Below are positions 62,803 to 64,000 of a stretch of 64,000 bases of DNA, one piece after another; position 1 is the stretch's first letter, and each line of letters opens with the position of its first letter. Below the pieces are notes generated by a model. It saw only the letters and a list, made by a program, of their open reading frames with translations. It was not told the DNA's origin and did not search any database. The position numbers were made by a program, and so were the translations under genes. This DNA is from Mustelus asterias (Eukaryota), in contig NC_135823.1 in the NCBI RefSeq assembly GCF_964213995.1, forward strand, positions 1,054,001 to 1,118,000, given 5' to 3'.

Positions 62803-62845
62803 ATGAGTTTCCTCGGTATCTGTGCAGTGTTCCATCTCTTTCAGG
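62803..62845 (+). CDS. Gene 4 leader exon (rest of the gene is expected beyond the window end)
   Basis: MSFLGICAVFHLFQ + G|GTGAGA, 43 nt; 11/14 aa identical to the gene 3 leader, with homologous promoter and intron start. Confidence 0.85.
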
Positions 62846-64000
62846 GTGAGATATCCTCATTATATTCCGATAGAATGGAGAACGATTTGGATCGAGTGAA
62901 GAGCCAGAAACTGTTTCCATTGGCAGGAGTTTCTGGAACTAAGGGAACATGGATTGAAGAATTTGGTAAAAATAACAGAGAGGGAGATGAGGGTTTTTTT
63001 TTTACCCATCTGAGTTGCTGTGATCTGCAAGGCACTGCCTGAAGGGGCGGTGAAAGCGGATGCAGCAGGATCTTTCAAAATGGGGGAATTGGATACATGT
63101 TTAAAGGGGGAAAATTCAAAAATATTAGCGAAATCCTTCAAAGATTCAACTCATATTCGAAGGGCCGAACGGTCTCCTCCCCGCCTTCTGCGGTGCTATA
63201 AGGTGTGATTTAGCGTGCAGGTTTAACTTAACAACAAAACAGATGTTCCAGACAAAATGGAATGTCGATGAATAACAATGATTCGAATGGAATTAAACTG
63301 AATTGCCATTTCTCCTGAGATATGCTGTGTGAATGGGCTCCATGAACAATATTGGCGACTTTGGAGAGAAAGAATTTCCAGTAGAACTGCAGAGTCAGTT
63401 ATAAACTTTGAACAAACTTTACGGTCCAAAGTCAATGGAGCAGAAGAAGAAACGAAGCAAAATCAGAAAGTGCTGGAACATCTCAGCGACAGTGTTTAAC
63501 ACTGCTGAATCACAGCGCCAGGAATCCGGCTTGGATTCCCGGCTTGGGTCACTGTCTGCAAAGTTTGCACGTTCCCCCCGTGTCTGTCTGGGTTTCTTCC
63601 GGGTCCTCCGCTTTCCTCCCAAAGTTCAAAGATGCGCGGGTTAGGTTGAATGCCCATGCTAAATTGACTCTTCGTATCAGTGGATCAGCAGTGTAAATAT
63701 GTCGGTTGCGGGAATAGGACCTGGGAGGGATTGTGATCGGTGCCATCTCGATGGGCCAAATGGCCTCTTTCTGCACTGTAGGGATTCTATGATTCTGAGA
63801 GCATCGGTGGTGAGAGAATAGAGCTCTGACCGAGGGCCATCCAGATTCGAAACGTCGGGTCTGTGCTCTCTCCACTGATGCTCTCAGACCGAAAATCATA
63901 GAGTCAGATTGTTCAGTGCTCAAAAAAAACATTTGTCTCCTCTGCACTGATCACAATTCCCATAACCCCACTGAGGTTTTCCAGCATTTACTGTTTTATT

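Overview
Eukaryotic (vertebrate) genomic DNA, most likely a cartilaginous fish/shark. This is inferred from the repeat landscape: CR1 LINEs, HE1/V-SINE-like and SacSINE-like SINEs, Penelope elements, Rex/Babar fragments and one complete but decayed Gypsy LTR element. More than half of the window is transposon debris, and most long ORFs in the track are CR1, Penelope or Gypsy remnants. Between the repeats lies a cluster of four paralogous, non-rearranging antigen-receptor-like immunoglobulin-superfamily genes. Their composite layout is leader exon, then one exon with a germline-joined V+J (FGNG-type motif), a V-C intron of only ~90-185 nt, a C1-set exon, and TM/cytoplasmic exons. The leader, VJ and C1 junctions are phase 1, and I saw no RSS. 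Gene 1 (-, 4902-9413) is a pseudogene whose C exon is split by a 3.7-kb CR1 carrying a nested Penelope element. Gene 2 (+, 19101-31752) is a divergent subfamily with a CDR3 stop, an intact C1 and a candidate YxxL tail exon. Gene 3 (-, 47904-52359) keeps an intact leader and VJ exon and a TM exon with a Cys and two Arg, but its C1 exon is destroyed; skipping C1 would give an in-frame single-V receptor. Gene 4 (+, leader 62803-62845) is an inverted paralog of gene 3 that continues beyond the window. Secondary highlights are Penelope-derived minimal hammerhead ribozymes, including a ~210-bp palindrome just upstream of gene 2's ATG, and a PNMA-like Gypsy gag with a GGGAAAC/-1 frameshift pseudoknot. 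All alignments were done by eye, and repeat boundaries are approximate unless a TSD is given.
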